A stretch of DNA of 63,031 bases, filler included, from Thermoplasmatota archaeon (GCA_041623215.1; 11 parts of 11 records of this genome joined end to end with filler, not necessarily neighbours in it); one strand, 5' to 3'. Counted from the first letter of the whole stretch, positions 29,129 to 38,696 are shown. The notes: generated by a model from the sequence alone, not told the origin. Numbers and translations are program-made.

Positions 29129-29503
29129 GCTGCGGCAAGCAAGCGCATGGTTGTAGTGGCCGACGCCAGCAAGGAGGTCCAAACCCTTGGCTCCACCTTC
29201 GCTCTGCCAGTTGAAGTCATTCGACTCGGCTTGACACCCGTACGCTTGGCCCTGGAGGAAGCTGGAGCCCAAGTGACGACGCGCACGAACGCCGACGGCA
29301 CCGTCTATCTTACCGATAACGGCCATCCCATTCTAGACGCCCGTTTCCCGGTGTCAAGCGGCATTGCCAACCCGGAAGCGCTCGAAGCACAGCTTTGCAA
29401 CATGCCAGGCGTGGTGGAGTGCGGCCTTTTCCTGGGCCTATGCGACGAGGTCATCGTCGCACGCGAATCCGGCGTAGCTCGCATTGCTGGCATTCCAGCC
29501 TAG
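29129..29503 (+). CDS. rpiA: Ribose-5-phosphate isomerase A, 5'-partial
   Basis: VVADASK.V..LG..F.LPVEV, TDNGH.ILD, PGVVECGLF. Confidence 0.93.
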   Translation, partial: AAASKRMVVVADASKEVQTLGSTFALPVEVIRLGLTPVRLALEEAGAQVTTRTNADGTVYLTDNGHPILDARFPVSSGIANPEALEAQLCNMPGVVECGLFLGLCDEVIVARESGVARIAGIPA

Positions 29504-29599
29504 CCATGCCACCCGGCCACCCACCCTCGCCATGGCGCGACGGGCGCAAGGGTGCCTCCCGGCGGCAAGGTCGCCAGTGGTGCTGACGTTGCTGGTCGC

Positions 29600-29947
29600 C
29601 TAGAGGGCGGCTCGCACCGCAGCGCCAGCGTCCTTGGCTGCCTGCACTTGTTGCTTGCTTTGGTCGCCGTAGTATTGCTTCAACGCCGTCTTGGTCGCCG
29701 ACAAGGTGTACTCGTGCATCGGACGGCCCCGACCTTTGCGAGGCACAACACCACGGGAAATCCATCCGCGGGATGTTAAACTCGCCATGCCCACGGAAAC
29801 TTCCGGTTGCCGTAGGCCGGTCTTGGTGCTGATGCTCGCTGTCGTCAGCGGCTTGCCCGGTAGAAGGGCTGCCACGAGGGTCGCCTCGACGCGAGAGTCG
29901 CCTAATTGTTGCAAAGCGGCGATGAGAGCTTTCTGCTTCGCCATCAC
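29600..29947 (-). CDS. Archaeal winged-helix transcriptional regulator
   Basis: TGLRQPEVSVGM..L..RGW...KGRGRP...Y.L; TTTATA 28 nt upstream. Confidence 0.85.
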   Translation of the reverse strand: MMAKQKALIAALQQLGDSRVEATLVAALLPGKPLTTASISTKTGLRQPEVSVGMASLTSRGWISRGVVPRKGRGRPMHEYTLSATKTALKQYYGDQSKQQVQAAKDAGAAVRAAL

Positions 29948-30168
29948 GTATCCTTTCTATCTCGATGTATATAAATCAAGGCGGCGAGGGAAAGGCGACC
30001 CTGTTAGAACGATTGGTCGGACAGCCCATACCCGGCTATTCGGAAGCTGAGTTGCCCCCGACGAAGCGGCCGCCCCGAAACAACCGCCGGATGCAATCAA
30101 ATCGTTGGCGCACGCCTGTTGCAGGCGCCGTAATTGCGGCGTCTCAAACAGGCCCCAGCGACGCGGCT

Positions 30169-30174
30169 TTTATA
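30169..30174 (+). promoter_or_regulatory. TATA box of csl4
   Basis: TTTATA 28 nt upstream of ATG 30197. Confidence 0.6.
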
Positions 30175-30196
30175 GAGCGCCTTAGTCGCGCCAGCC

Positions 30197-30760
30197 ATGG
30201 CAGAGAACGAAATCTTGGAGCCAGGCTCCCCCATTGCGGCCAGTGAAGAAGCGCTGGCCGGCGACGGCACGTACGACGACGGGCAGGATATCCGCAGTGC
30301 CCGCTACGGCCGCCTCGTCATCGACCGAGACCTCAACGCCACCGTCCAATCCATCAACGAACCCGCCAAGATTCAACGCGGCGACATCGTCATCGGCCGC
30401 CTGTCCTACGTACGCGAGGAGTTCGCCAGCGTTACAATTATGGCCGTGCGCGGTAAAGAAGACCGCCGCTTCCACCACCCCGTCGAGGCCACGCTCCATG
30501 TGAGCAAGACCGACGAAGGTTACGTGCGCACAATCGACGAAAAATTCCGCGTCGGGGACATCATCCGCGCCAAGGTCATCAACCTCAAGGGCGGCCCGCA
30601 GCTGGCGACCGACAAGTCCGACTTGGGCGTCGTCAAAGCCATCAACCCCGAAAATGGCGTTGAACTCAAGGCCACTCAGGATTGGAACCTGCGCTGCCCC
30701 GAAACAGGTCGCATTTTCGACCGCAAGATCGCCAACGACTACGGCAGCGGCAAGATTTAG
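30197..30760 (+). CDS. csl4: Exosome complex RNA-binding protein Csl4
   Basis: PG..IA..EE..AG.GTY, S1 domain LHVS...FRVGDIIRAKV, LGVVKA...RKIA..YG; adjacent to rpoL. Confidence 0.92.
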   Translation: MAENEILEPGSPIAASEEALAGDGTYDDGQDIRSARYGRLVIDRDLNATVQSINEPAKIQRGDIVIGRLSYVREEFASVTIMAVRGKEDRRFHHPVEATLHVSKTDEGYVRTIDEKFRVGDIIRAKVINLKGGPQLATDKSDLGVVKAINPENGVELKATQDWNLRCPETGRIFDRKIANDYGSGKI

Positions 30761-30847
30761 CCGCCGCATGCCAACGGGCCCAGGGGTTCACGCCACGAGG
30801 CGTGCTCCATTCACTTCAAATACAACCCCCTTGTGGGCGCGCCCGTC

Positions 30848-31135
30848 ATGGAACTGAACGTCGTCCGCCAGGAAGGAAACGAGTTGGAGGTTGAAGTGCT
30901 CGGTGAGACCGAGACGCTCCTGAATCCTCTCAAGCAAGCGCTCCTATCTGACAAGGACGTGGACTTCGCCGAGTACATCATTGAGCACCCCATGCTCAGC
31001 ATCCCCAAGATCTTCGTCCGCACCAAGGGCAAGGTCAAGCCCGAAACCGTTGTCAAGCGGACCATCAAGGGCCTCGTGGGCGAGTTTGACTCCTTCGAAG
31101 ACACCTTCGTCGCCGCCCTCAACAAGCGGAACTAA
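30848..31135 (+). CDS. rpoL: RNA polymerase subunit L (Rpo11)
   Basis: GETETLLN.L...L..D.DV.FA.Y.IEHP. Confidence 0.92.
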   Translation: MELNVVRQEGNELEVEVLGETETLLNPLKQALLSDKDVDFAEYIIEHPMLSIPKIFVRTKGKVKPETVVKRTIKGLVGEFDSFEDTFVAALNKRN

Positions 31136-31137
31136 GC

Positions 31138-32427
31138 ATGCCCTCCCGGCCTGCCCCGCCGGCCGAGGAACAAGCCATTGGCATGCGCGCCTACTTGACT
31201 GCCACGCCGGGAACTGGCGGTCGCTTGCGCAGCGAGCCAGAAGACTTCCAGGTCATCGAGCTAGCCGATGGGCCGCCTCGCGTTGAAGGGGGCAAGCACG
31301 CTGCCGCTCGGATTCGGCTTCGCAACTGGGAGACGAATCGGTTCTGCCATCAAGCGGCCAACGTGCTCAAAGTGAAGCGGGGCGCCATTGGCTTTGCCGG
31401 CATGAAGGACAAGCGGGCCGTCACGGAGCAGTGGTTTACGTTTCCGTGCCCGGTGGACCGGTTGGACGACCTGGAGCGCTTGGCGGACGTTGAAGTCCTA
31501 GAATCACATGCCACCCGCAAGGCCAACTTCGCCGGTGCCCACGAAGGCAACCGGTTTGTGCTGCGGATTCGCGACCACGCCGGTGCATCGCCGGACGATG
31601 TCGCGGCCACCCTGGCCACCATAGCCAGTGAAGGCGGCGTGCCGAATTTTTTTGGCCCGCAACGGTTTGGCGCGGTTCGCCCCATCACACACCGCGTCGG
31701 CCGCGCCATCATCGACAACGACCTTGAAGAGGCAGTTCGCTTGTATCTGGGCGAACCCATCCAGGGCGAACAGGAGGAGGCGTATGCCGCCCGGCAAGTG
31801 TACGAATCAACGCGCGACCCCGTGGCCGCTCTGGAGGTCTACCCGCAACGCCTTGACTTCGAGACCAAAATGCTGGGGCAATTGGTCAAAGAGCCGGGTG
31901 ACTGGCGGCGGTGCTTGAAGGTACTGCCCCACAACTTGCTGCAATTGTTCGTCCACGCCCACCAATCGTTGGTGTTCAATCACATCGTGAGCGCGCGCAT
32001 CGAAGCGGGCCTCGGCCTGCGAACCGCCCACGTCGGCGACTTGGTGATGCCGAGTGCCAGCGACGGCCGGACGGTTCACGCTGTAACGGCCAAGAACCAG
32101 GCGCGAATCCAACAGGAGCTGGACCGAGGCCGGGCGGTAATCACGGCCCCGCTTCCTGGCCTTTCCTGCCCAAGGGCCCAAGGGCGGCCGGGCGAAGTGG
32201 AGGCGAAGGTGCTCGCCGACTTGGACATTGATGCAGCGAGCTTCCGATGCCGGGAATTGCCGCAGGTCGCAAGCGATGGCCTGCGACGGGGAATCCTGCA
32301 GGCCGCGCAAGACTTGGCGCTGACCTGGCAAGACGGCGACCCGGTGGTGTCCTTTGCGTTGGGTCGCGGCGCGTACGCCACCGTGGTGGTGCGCGAAGTG
32401 ATGAAGACCACGCCGGACGCGTACTAG
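31138..32427 (+). CDS. truD: tRNA pseudouridine(13) synthase
   Basis: PEDFQV.E, FAGMKDKRAVTEQW, GNRF, PNFFGPQRFG, F.L.RG.YATVVVREVMK. Confidence 0.96.
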   Translation: MPSRPAPPAEEQAIGMRAYLTATPGTGGRLRSEPEDFQVIELADGPPRVEGGKHAAARIRLRNWETNRFCHQAANVLKVKRGAIGFAGMKDKRAVTEQWFTFPCPVDRLDDLERLADVEVLESHATRKANFAGAHEGNRFVLRIRDHAGASPDDVAATLATIASEGGVPNFFGPQRFGAVRPITHRVGRAIIDNDLEEAVRLYLGEPIQGEQEEAYAARQVYESTRDPVAALEVYPQRLDFETKMLGQLVKEPGDWRRCLKVLPHNLLQLFVHAHQSLVFNHIVSARIEAGLGLRTAHVGDLVMPSASDGRTVHAVTAKNQARIQQELDRGRAVITAPLPGLSCPRAQGRPGEVEAKVLADLDIDAASFRCRELPQVASDGLRRGILQAAQDLALTWQDGDPVVSFALGRGAYATVVVREVMKTTPDAY

Positions 32428-32476
32428 CCGGCGCCAACTGGCATGGCTTCAAGAGCCAGGCAGGCCATCCCGGGCC

Positions 32477-32896
32477 ATGGCTGCGGCGATGTCCTCTCCC
32501 CCCGATGACCGCCAAGCTTGGCATCGCTTCCGCACCCCTGCCCCCTATCTTTCATCGACCCAGTGGGAGGACGCGGCGGCCGTCATGCGCTGGCGTGCCA
32601 CCGCCGACGCCCTCCTCATCTTCATCGTGGGATTCACCCTGGACGACCTCCATGTCCTTCGGTTTCCTGGTTGGTTGGCCTTCGGGGCAACCGCCCTAGT
32701 CGTGCTTGCTGCAGGCCCGCTATGGTACGGCAGGCGAACGGTGCTGTCGTACCCGAAAGACGCAGATGACGACGCAATCCGGTATCGCCTTGACATCCAA
32801 CGCCGAGTTGGCAAACTCTACCTCATGGCGGCCGCCGTCATTTTCGTGGCATGGATGGTCGTCTTTACTGCGGGGGTGCCACCATGGGCACGCTGA
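32477..32896 (+). CDS. Hypothetical membrane protein (3 TM)
   Basis: Three hydrophobic helices; overlaps next ORF. Confidence 0.55.
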   Translation: MAAAMSSPPDDRQAWHRFRTPAPYLSSTQWEDAAAVMRWRATADALLIFIVGFTLDDLHVLRFPGWLAFGATALVVLAAGPLWYGRRTVLSYPKDADDDAIRYRLDIQRRVGKLYLMAAAVIFVAWMVVFTAGVPPWAR

Positions 32897-34047
32897 TGCG
32901 TGCAGCGACGCTGCTGTGCTTGCTCCTGGCCGCCACCGCCTCCACGCCAGCTTTGGCGCAGCCCGTCCCGGACGACGTGGGCAAATTGCTTGGCCCGCCG
33001 CTCGCGGACGCCGCCGACGTGCTCATTCCCACGGCCGAGGCCGAGGCGGGCGAAGACTTGCATTCTGAGCGCATTGACTTGGACATCCAATTGGACATCG
33101 TGCAAGTGACCTATGGCCTGGTTCCCATCCTGTTTGGAGGCGGTAGGATTGGGGCGCAGGCCATCGCCACCGTTGGGCTTGACTTTCATGCCGTTTCCCT
33201 CGAACGCCTCGACGACGTGATGCAATCAGTTACGGGCGAAGCGAACGTAACCGCGGCAGGAACCTTGGGTATTCCCACCAACCGGACGGTGTTGACAGCG
33301 GAAGAAATCCGCATCCTGGGAGGAGGTGCATTGCTGGATGCCTTCCAGGACGCTGAAGCTGAGGCGGCCAAGCGCCTGATGGAAGAAACCGTCCCAGGTA
33401 TGGTTGTCCTATCGAGCCGATTTGACTGGTCCAATACGGTGCCCTTGTTGGCAACCGTTGAGCGCTATCGCCAAGACCCGGTGCAAGCCTCCCGTGATCC
33501 TCTCCCGGACCTGCGGGGACCACCGCTCCACTTGGAGGCAGTATTCCATCTGGAATTCTCGGACCACGTGAGCTTGTACGGCCTGCTCGAACCACGCCTC
33601 GAGGGTTCGGATGCTGCAGGAGACGCGCGCCGGGCGCTGCGCGACCGCGTTGAGAAGAACGAGACGGTGCCCTTCCTCGACCAAAGTGCATTTGCCGCAT
33701 TGGGCTTTGGCCAAATTCTACACCTCACGGTGCCGCCGGGATGGCGCATGGCCGTCCAAGCCACGGTGCCCGAAGGCTTCTCATTCGAGGAAGCCAGCAG
33801 CGAGCTAGCGCTCTCTCCGAATCAGCAAAACGTCACATTTGCTAAGGATGGCGGCACACGTGATGCGACCACGGACGACGTTGGCTTGATCGTGATTTCT
33901 AGTCGATTTCTGGTGGTTTCAGTGCTGCTAGTTGCCATCTTGATTGCGGGTGTAGCCGCCCGAGTGAGCACGGAAATTGTGGTCTTGGCGGTCAAGCGGC
34001 GGGCCAACCAGCGCCGCCGGCGCCGGGAATCCCACCTAGGATCCTAG
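32884..34047 (+). CDS. Secreted protein with C-terminal TM anchor and Arg-rich tail
   Basis: Signal peptide ...TPALA; TM FLVVSVLLVAILIAGV; tail KRRANQRRRRR. Confidence 0.65.
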   Translation: MGTLMRAATLLCLLLAATASTPALAQPVPDDVGKLLGPPLADAADVLIPTAEAEAGEDLHSERIDLDIQLDIVQVTYGLVPILFGGGRIGAQAIATVGLDFHAVSLERLDDVMQSVTGEANVTAAGTLGIPTNRTVLTAEEIRILGGGALLDAFQDAEAEAAKRLMEETVPGMVVLSSRFDWSNTVPLLATVERYRQDPVQASRDPLPDLRGPPLHLEAVFHLEFSDHVSLYGLLEPRLEGSDAAGDARRALRDRVEKNETVPFLDQSAFAALGFGQILHLTVPPGWRMAVQATVPEGFSFEEASSELALSPNQQNVTFAKDGGTRDATTDDVGLIVISSRFLVVSVLLVAILIAGVAARVSTEIVVLAVKRRANQRRRRRESHLGS

Positions 34048-34065
34048 CGCCAGCCAGGCATCGAG

Positions 34066-34749
34066 CTAGAGCCGGGCAACGGCATGTCCCAAGGCAAGGA
34101 AGGTTGCCGAGGCGAACCAAATCCACAATGTCCACGCGCCATGAGTGGCGACGCGCGCCAAACGGACCCACCGCGCATCCACCTCCGGCCGCAGCAGGCG
34201 AAGCACGATGATCCGCCCCGGCACCAACAGGCCCCACCATGCAACAAGTATGGTTGCAACCTCAAACACCGCCAGCGAGGCGGCCAGGGCGACGTCACCT
34301 ACTCCAAGGGCACCAACCGTACCGATGCCAACGCTGCGTGGGAGAATCCAGAAATCTAGGACCGACCACCCGGCCACCGCGGTTGCGGCCCCCAGCAGGC
34401 GGCTCCACAGGTCAGGGGCGATGAAGTGCCGCCGCAGGGTCGCCACAACGAGCACGCCAAGCCACAGGAAGGCAATGGCAAACCAAGGGGGGTGCGCCAT
34501 TCCACGACCATCCAACGCGACCCCTTGGGTGCCTAAGATAAGGTTCGCGTCGCCCGTCCCATACCACCCCGTTGGCGTTAAGCCCAAGTCGAGCGATGAA
34601 AAGCGAATAACGCTCACGTCGGCGTCAATCGTAATCCCCCCCACGGCCCCTTCCATCTTGCCCGCGAGGGTTCCGTCGGCCAGGTGGGGGGCGCGGGCCG
34701 TCAGACCCACCACTTGGGAGACATTGCGCCGTGGTTCACGTACATCAGG
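34066..34749 (-). CDS. Hypothetical membrane protein, 5'-partial
   Basis: Frame open to contig end; 4-5 C-terminal TM helices. Confidence 0.55.
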   Translation of the reverse strand, partial: PDVREPRRNVSQVVGLTARAPHLADGTLAGKMEGAVGGITIDADVSVIRFSSLDLGLTPTGWYGTGDANLILGTQGVALDGRGMAHPPWFAIAFLWLGVLVVATLRRHFIAPDLWSRLLGAATAVAGWSVLDFWILPRSVGIGTVGALGVGDVALAASLAVFEVATILVAWWGLLVPGRIIVLRLLRPEVDARWVRLARVATHGAWTLWIWFASATFLALGHAVARL

Positions 34750-34751
34750 CC

Positions 34752-34851
34752 NNNNNNNNNNNNNNNNNNNNNNNNNNNNNNNNNNNNNNNNNNNNTTAAT
34801 TAATTAANNNNNNNNNNNNNNNNNNNNNNNNNNNNNNNNNNNNNNNNNNNN
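34752..34851. other. Artificial contig linker
   Basis: N-run + TTAATTAATTAA. Confidence 0.98.
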
Positions 34852-35547
34852 GGCACTGTAGACGGGGATGCCGGCCAACACGGACCGCGTTTCGTCCTGG
34901 ATGTTGAGCCAGGTGGCGTTGCCGTCGTGACGGTGCAACCGGTATTCGAGTCCGATTCCGATGGCGTTGTCCTGTTCGGCAATGCCGGGCGCGCCGACGA
35001 ACATCCCCACCATGGAGAATTCGTCGTCCACTGCGGCGAAGGTTACAGCGCCCGGGCCCGTGTCGAGCATCACATCTCCAAGACGGACGTTAATTCCCAT
35101 GTCAGTCAGGATGCCGGCCCACGCCTCGTGGTTGGTGATGACATCGAAGGCGTATTGGTTGGAGGCAAAGTCGGCGGAAGACATGTCGGGGCCGTCCTCC
35201 ACAAAGACGGAGAAAAATGCCCACGCGACGGGGCCTTCGATTGCGACGTCGTCCGACGTAATGGCCGCGCAGGAATAGGCATGGGCAAGCCCTGTGTCGT
35301 GCAGGATCGGTGAGGCAGGGGACGGGGTATATTCTTCCGGCAGATGGGTCGATACAGCGTCATGGTCCACTTCCGGGAAAAAGCGGTACACATCGCAATC
35401 TGACAGGGTAAATGAGGCAACCGCGCGCTTGGGATCGGCGGTGGCAGATTCGTCGCCTTCCGTCGAGTCGGTTTGGCCATCTTCTTGCAAACATCCGCCC
35501 AAGGCGGCACTGGTCAGTACAATGAGGGTCAGCAACGTCCATCGCAT
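34852..35547 (-). CDS. Hypothetical lipoprotein, 3'-partial
   Basis: MRWTLLTLIVLTSAALGGC lipobox followed by an acidic linker. Confidence 0.65.
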
Positions 35548-35610
35548 GGCTGGTTCCACTTTTTATGACCGATATTAGGGTTACGTTGGCATGGGCCTTC
35601 GCCTAGTTTG

Positions 35611-36534
35611 CTACTTGCCGTGGCGCCGCTGGCGCAGCTGGAATTCCCGAATCGCCTTGAGAAAATCGAGCTTGGAGAGCCCGGGCCAGTACACGTCTGC
35701 AAAGTACAATTCAGCGTACGCAAGTTGCCACAGCAGAAAGTTGCTGATGCGCTCCTCGCCGCTCGTCCGGATGATGAAATCTGGGTCTGGCAGGCCGCCC
35801 GTGTAAAGCCGGCCACTGATGGTGGCATCCGTGATGGTGGCGGGATCCAAGTTGCCTGCTGCAGCATCTCGGGCAATGCCTTGCACGGCCTGCACGATTT
35901 CCGCTCGGCCGCCGTAGGCGACGGCTACGTTGAAGGTATAGCCATCATAGTCGGCGGTTGCCTCCATCGCTTCGTTGGCCGCCTGGCGGACCTCGTCGGG
36001 CAATAACTCAAGGTTGCCAATCGCACGAACCCTGATGCGGTTGCGATGCACGCGCTCATCCTTGGCCATGGCGTGAAACTCCTTGGAAAATAGTTCCATC
36101 AAGAGCTCAAGTTCGGGGCCGGGTCGCTCAAGGTTTTCAGTGGAAAACGCGTACACAGTGAGGACCTTGATGTCAAGCTCCAGGCACCAATCGAGCACGG
36201 TTTCGAGGCGCTCGCGTCCCACGACGTGCCCCATGCGTCGATCCAGACCCAGCACTTCGGCAAAGCGACGATTGCCGTCCATGATGATGCCCACGTGGCC
36301 TGGGATTCCGCCGGTTTGCTGAATGCGCCAGAGTAGGCGCTTGGCGCGGAGGCGGTCAATGCGGGTGCTGATGCTCCAGGCCAGCCCGGTGTTCAACAAC
36401 CACCGCGCGGGGCCTTGCACGGCCCTGTATCGCAGCAAGGACTTGGCGGTGTCATCCAGCCGCTTGCCAAGGCCTTGTTCAAGCTCCTGCAAGCGGGACC
36501 GCGTCGCCACAGGGCGCTGACCAAGGTTCGCCAT
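35611..36534 (-). CDS. uppS: cis-prenyltransferase (polyprenyl diphosphate synthase)
   Basis: HVGIIMDGNRRFA, YAFSTEN, AYGGRAEI, PDFIIRTSGEERISNFLLWQ.AYAEL, RRHGK. Confidence 0.96.
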   Translation of the reverse strand: MANLGQRPVATRSRLQELEQGLGKRLDDTAKSLLRYRAVQGPARWLLNTGLAWSISTRIDRLRAKRLLWRIQQTGGIPGHVGIIMDGNRRFAEVLGLDRRMGHVVGRERLETVLDWCLELDIKVLTVYAFSTENLERPGPELELLMELFSKEFHAMAKDERVHRNRIRVRAIGNLELLPDEVRQAANEAMEATADYDGYTFNVAVAYGGRAEIVQAVQGIARDAAAGNLDPATITDATISGRLYTGGLPDPDFIIRTSGEERISNFLLWQLAYAELYFADVYWPGLSKLDFLKAIREFQLRQRRHGK

Positions 36535-36673
36535 TTAGGCGTGCGGCGCCCATGCCTCTGCTGTTCGCCGGGCCTTGGTTGCGGCGCGGGCTGCGGCCAC
36601 GGGGGTCGTGGGCAGCCGGTAGCTTCACCCACCCCACCCAGCAGTCGATATGAGGTGGCTCCCACTGCCCATT

Positions 36674-37945
36674 GTGGCCCGCGTCATCTTGCACGTGGAC
36701 ATGGATGCCTTCTACGCGGCCGTCGAGATGCAGAAAGATCCGTCGCTAGCTGGCCGTCCCGTCGTCATAGGGGCTGACCCCAAGGGCGGGAAGGGTCGCG
36801 GGGTGGTATCAACCGCAAATTACGAAGCAAGAACCTTCGGCATTCACAGCGCCATGCCCATTGCCGTAGCGTACCGGGCCTGCCCGCACGCACGCTTCCT
36901 GGTCCCCGATGGCAAGGCCTACCGCGCCGCCAGCCAGCAAGTCATGGAGATTCTGGCGGAGTACGCGGATTGCTTGCAGGTCGTGGGCTTGGACGAAGCA
37001 TATCTAGATGTCACCGCAGCCACGGGCCACGGTGTCCCCGCCCGCATCCGTGGCCTTTGCCACAGCCTGCAAGCGCGCGTCCTTCGAGTGACTGGCCTGA
37101 CCTGCAGTATCGGCGCGGGGCCAAGCAAGTCAGTTGCCAAGATTGCCAGCGACTATCGCAAGCCGCGGGGCATCACCATCGTCGCGCCCGAGCGGGTCCA
37201 AGCCTTCCTGGCTCCGCTTCCCGTCCGCGCCATCAATGGATGTGGGCCGAAGACCGCCGACGCGCTGGCGGACCTAGATATCCACACCGTCGGCGAACTC
37301 GCCCAGGCCCGGCGCGCGGACCTGGAAGGGCTCTTGGGTACGCATGGCGGCTGGCTCCAACAGGTGGCGCAGGGTCTGGATGCACGGGAGGTTACAAGCA
37401 GCAGGGGGCCTGCCAAGAGCCGCGGCAATGAACGCACGTTTGCCCGGGATGAAATCGACGCCACGCAAATCTTGGCCCAGGCAAGGCACTTGGCCAAGCG
37501 CCTCCTGGCCGAAAAGCGCACAAGTCGACCCTTTGCCACGGTCACTGTCAAGCTTCGTTATCGCGACTTCACCACCCTGACGCGGGCCCATACCTTCCCC
37601 ACGGCGCTCGCTCCTGATGCCGCCAATACGGACGCGTTGGTTGGGGCAACCGTTGAAGGCCTCCTAACACCGTGCCTGGATGGTCGTCCCATCAGGCTCG
37701 TAGGAGTAACACTGAGTGGCTTTTGCGAGCCAACGGGGCAACGGCCGCTGCAGGCGTGGGGCCTGCAGGCGCCAGCATCACGTCCGTCTCGTCCAGCCCG
37801 GCCTGGCAGGCACTCGCCTCGATTCACGGTTCTTGGCCAATTCCTGGCTGGGACGGGAACACCTAGCCTCAAACTAGGTGGTTCAACGAGTGGGTCCGGC
37901 CAGAATCGAACTGGCGATCTTCGCCATGTCAAGGCGACGTCATAA
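36674..37945 (+). CDS. dinB: DNA polymerase IV (Y family)
   Basis: ILHVDMDAFYAAVE, STANYEAR.FG, GLDEAYLD, AKIASD..KPRG, TVKLRY.DF, IRLVGV. Confidence 0.95.
   Translation: MARVILHVDMDAFYAAVEMQKDPSLAGRPVVIGADPKGGKGRGVVSTANYEARTFGIHSAMPIAVAYRACPHARFLVPDGKAYRAASQQVMEILAEYADCLQVVGLDEAYLDVTAATGHGVPARIRGLCHSLQARVLRVTGLTCSIGAGPSKSVAKIASDYRKPRGITIVAPERVQAFLAPLPVRAINGCGPKTADALADLDIHTVGELAQARRADLEGLLGTHGGWLQQVAQGLDAREVTSSRGPAKSRGNERTFARDEIDATQILAQARHLAKRLLAEKRTSRPFATVTVKLRYRDFTTLTRAHTFPTALAPDAANTDALVGATVEGLLTPCLDGRPIRLVGVTLSGFCEPTGQRPLQAWGLQAPASRPSRPARPGRHSPRFTVLGQFLAGTGTPSLKLGGSTSGSGQNRTGDLRHVKATS
37857..37884. terminator. Hairpin immediately downstream of tRNA-Val
   Basis: GAAC-ACCTAG / loop CCTCAAA / CTAGGT-g-GTTC. 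Confidence 0.4.
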
Positions 37946-37963
37946 CCCCTAGACCACGGACCC
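37891..37963 (-). tRNA. tRNA-Val(GAC)
   Basis: GGGTCCG/CGGACCC acceptor stem, anticodon arm TCGCC-TTGACAT-GGCGA, T-loop GTTCGATTC; no encoded CCA, no intron. Confidence 0.96.
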
Positions 37964-38077
37964 GTTTGGTGGCAAACCAGCTTGCCGGTGCCGGCGCGCC
38001 AGCGCCGACTCACCCTCCTATGGGGGGTGCGAAGCCGGCCACATACGACCCCTATTTGACCGCTTGCATGAGGTCGC

Positions 38078-38641
38078 TTAGGATGCCTTCATGTCTTCTT
38101 CGCGCCACTTGGCAAAGACATCCTTGATGCGCCCGTCCAAGTCTTTCTTGGCCGCCCGGACCACGCTTCGAACCTTCTGAAGCTCGGCGGAGGCTTCCTG
38201 GTAGGGCTCCGAATCGGCCAAGTAACCATTGATGACCTCAAGCGGGTCCTGCCACTTGATGAGGTCCTTCACATCGGCGACCTTTTCCTCCAAGGCCTCC
38301 CGCACCAGGTTGGTCATGTCGGGCGCCATCTCGGCAAAGGAATCGGCCCATTCTTCGGGGCTGGGTTGCTCGTCCTCGGGCGGCAGATCTTCTCCTGCGG
38401 CCTTGGCTTCAAACGCCATGACGGCGTCGGTGAGTTGCTTCTTGACGTCGCGCAACTTGCCCCGCCATGTTTGCAGAACTGCGTCCGCAACTTCTTCCGT
38501 GTCGGCGAGGAAGTTGTCGATGGCACTAATCTGGTTGTCCCACATGTACAGAATGTGCTCATTGGCCAAGACTTGCTTTGCCTGCTCCGAGGCATTAGCC
38601 AAGTGAGTCTGCGCCTGGCGAACCAACTCCGGAACGTCCAT
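38078..38641 (-). CDS. Acidic helical hypothetical protein with an internal duplication
   Basis: 187 aa, good codon bias, two homologous halves; ATTAAA 29 nt upstream. Confidence 0.75.
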   Translation of the reverse strand: MDVPELVRQAQTHLANASEQAKQVLANEHILYMWDNQISAIDNFLADTEEVADAVLQTWRGKLRDVKKQLTDAVMAFEAKAAGEDLPPEDEQPSPEEWADSFAEMAPDMTNLVREALEEKVADVKDLIKWQDPLEVINGYLADSEPYQEASAELQKVRSVVRAAKKDLDGRIKDVFAKWREEDMKAS

Positions 38642-38696
38642 GGCGGCGCCAAGTGGCGCGGGTGTTTAATGCAAGCGCCGGTCGGACAGGTTTCAG

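Noticed and set aside
36674..37963. dinB next to a tRNA as an integrated mobile element
   Set aside because: No integrase, att duplication or compositional shift visible; flanks are housekeeping genes (uppS, pan)
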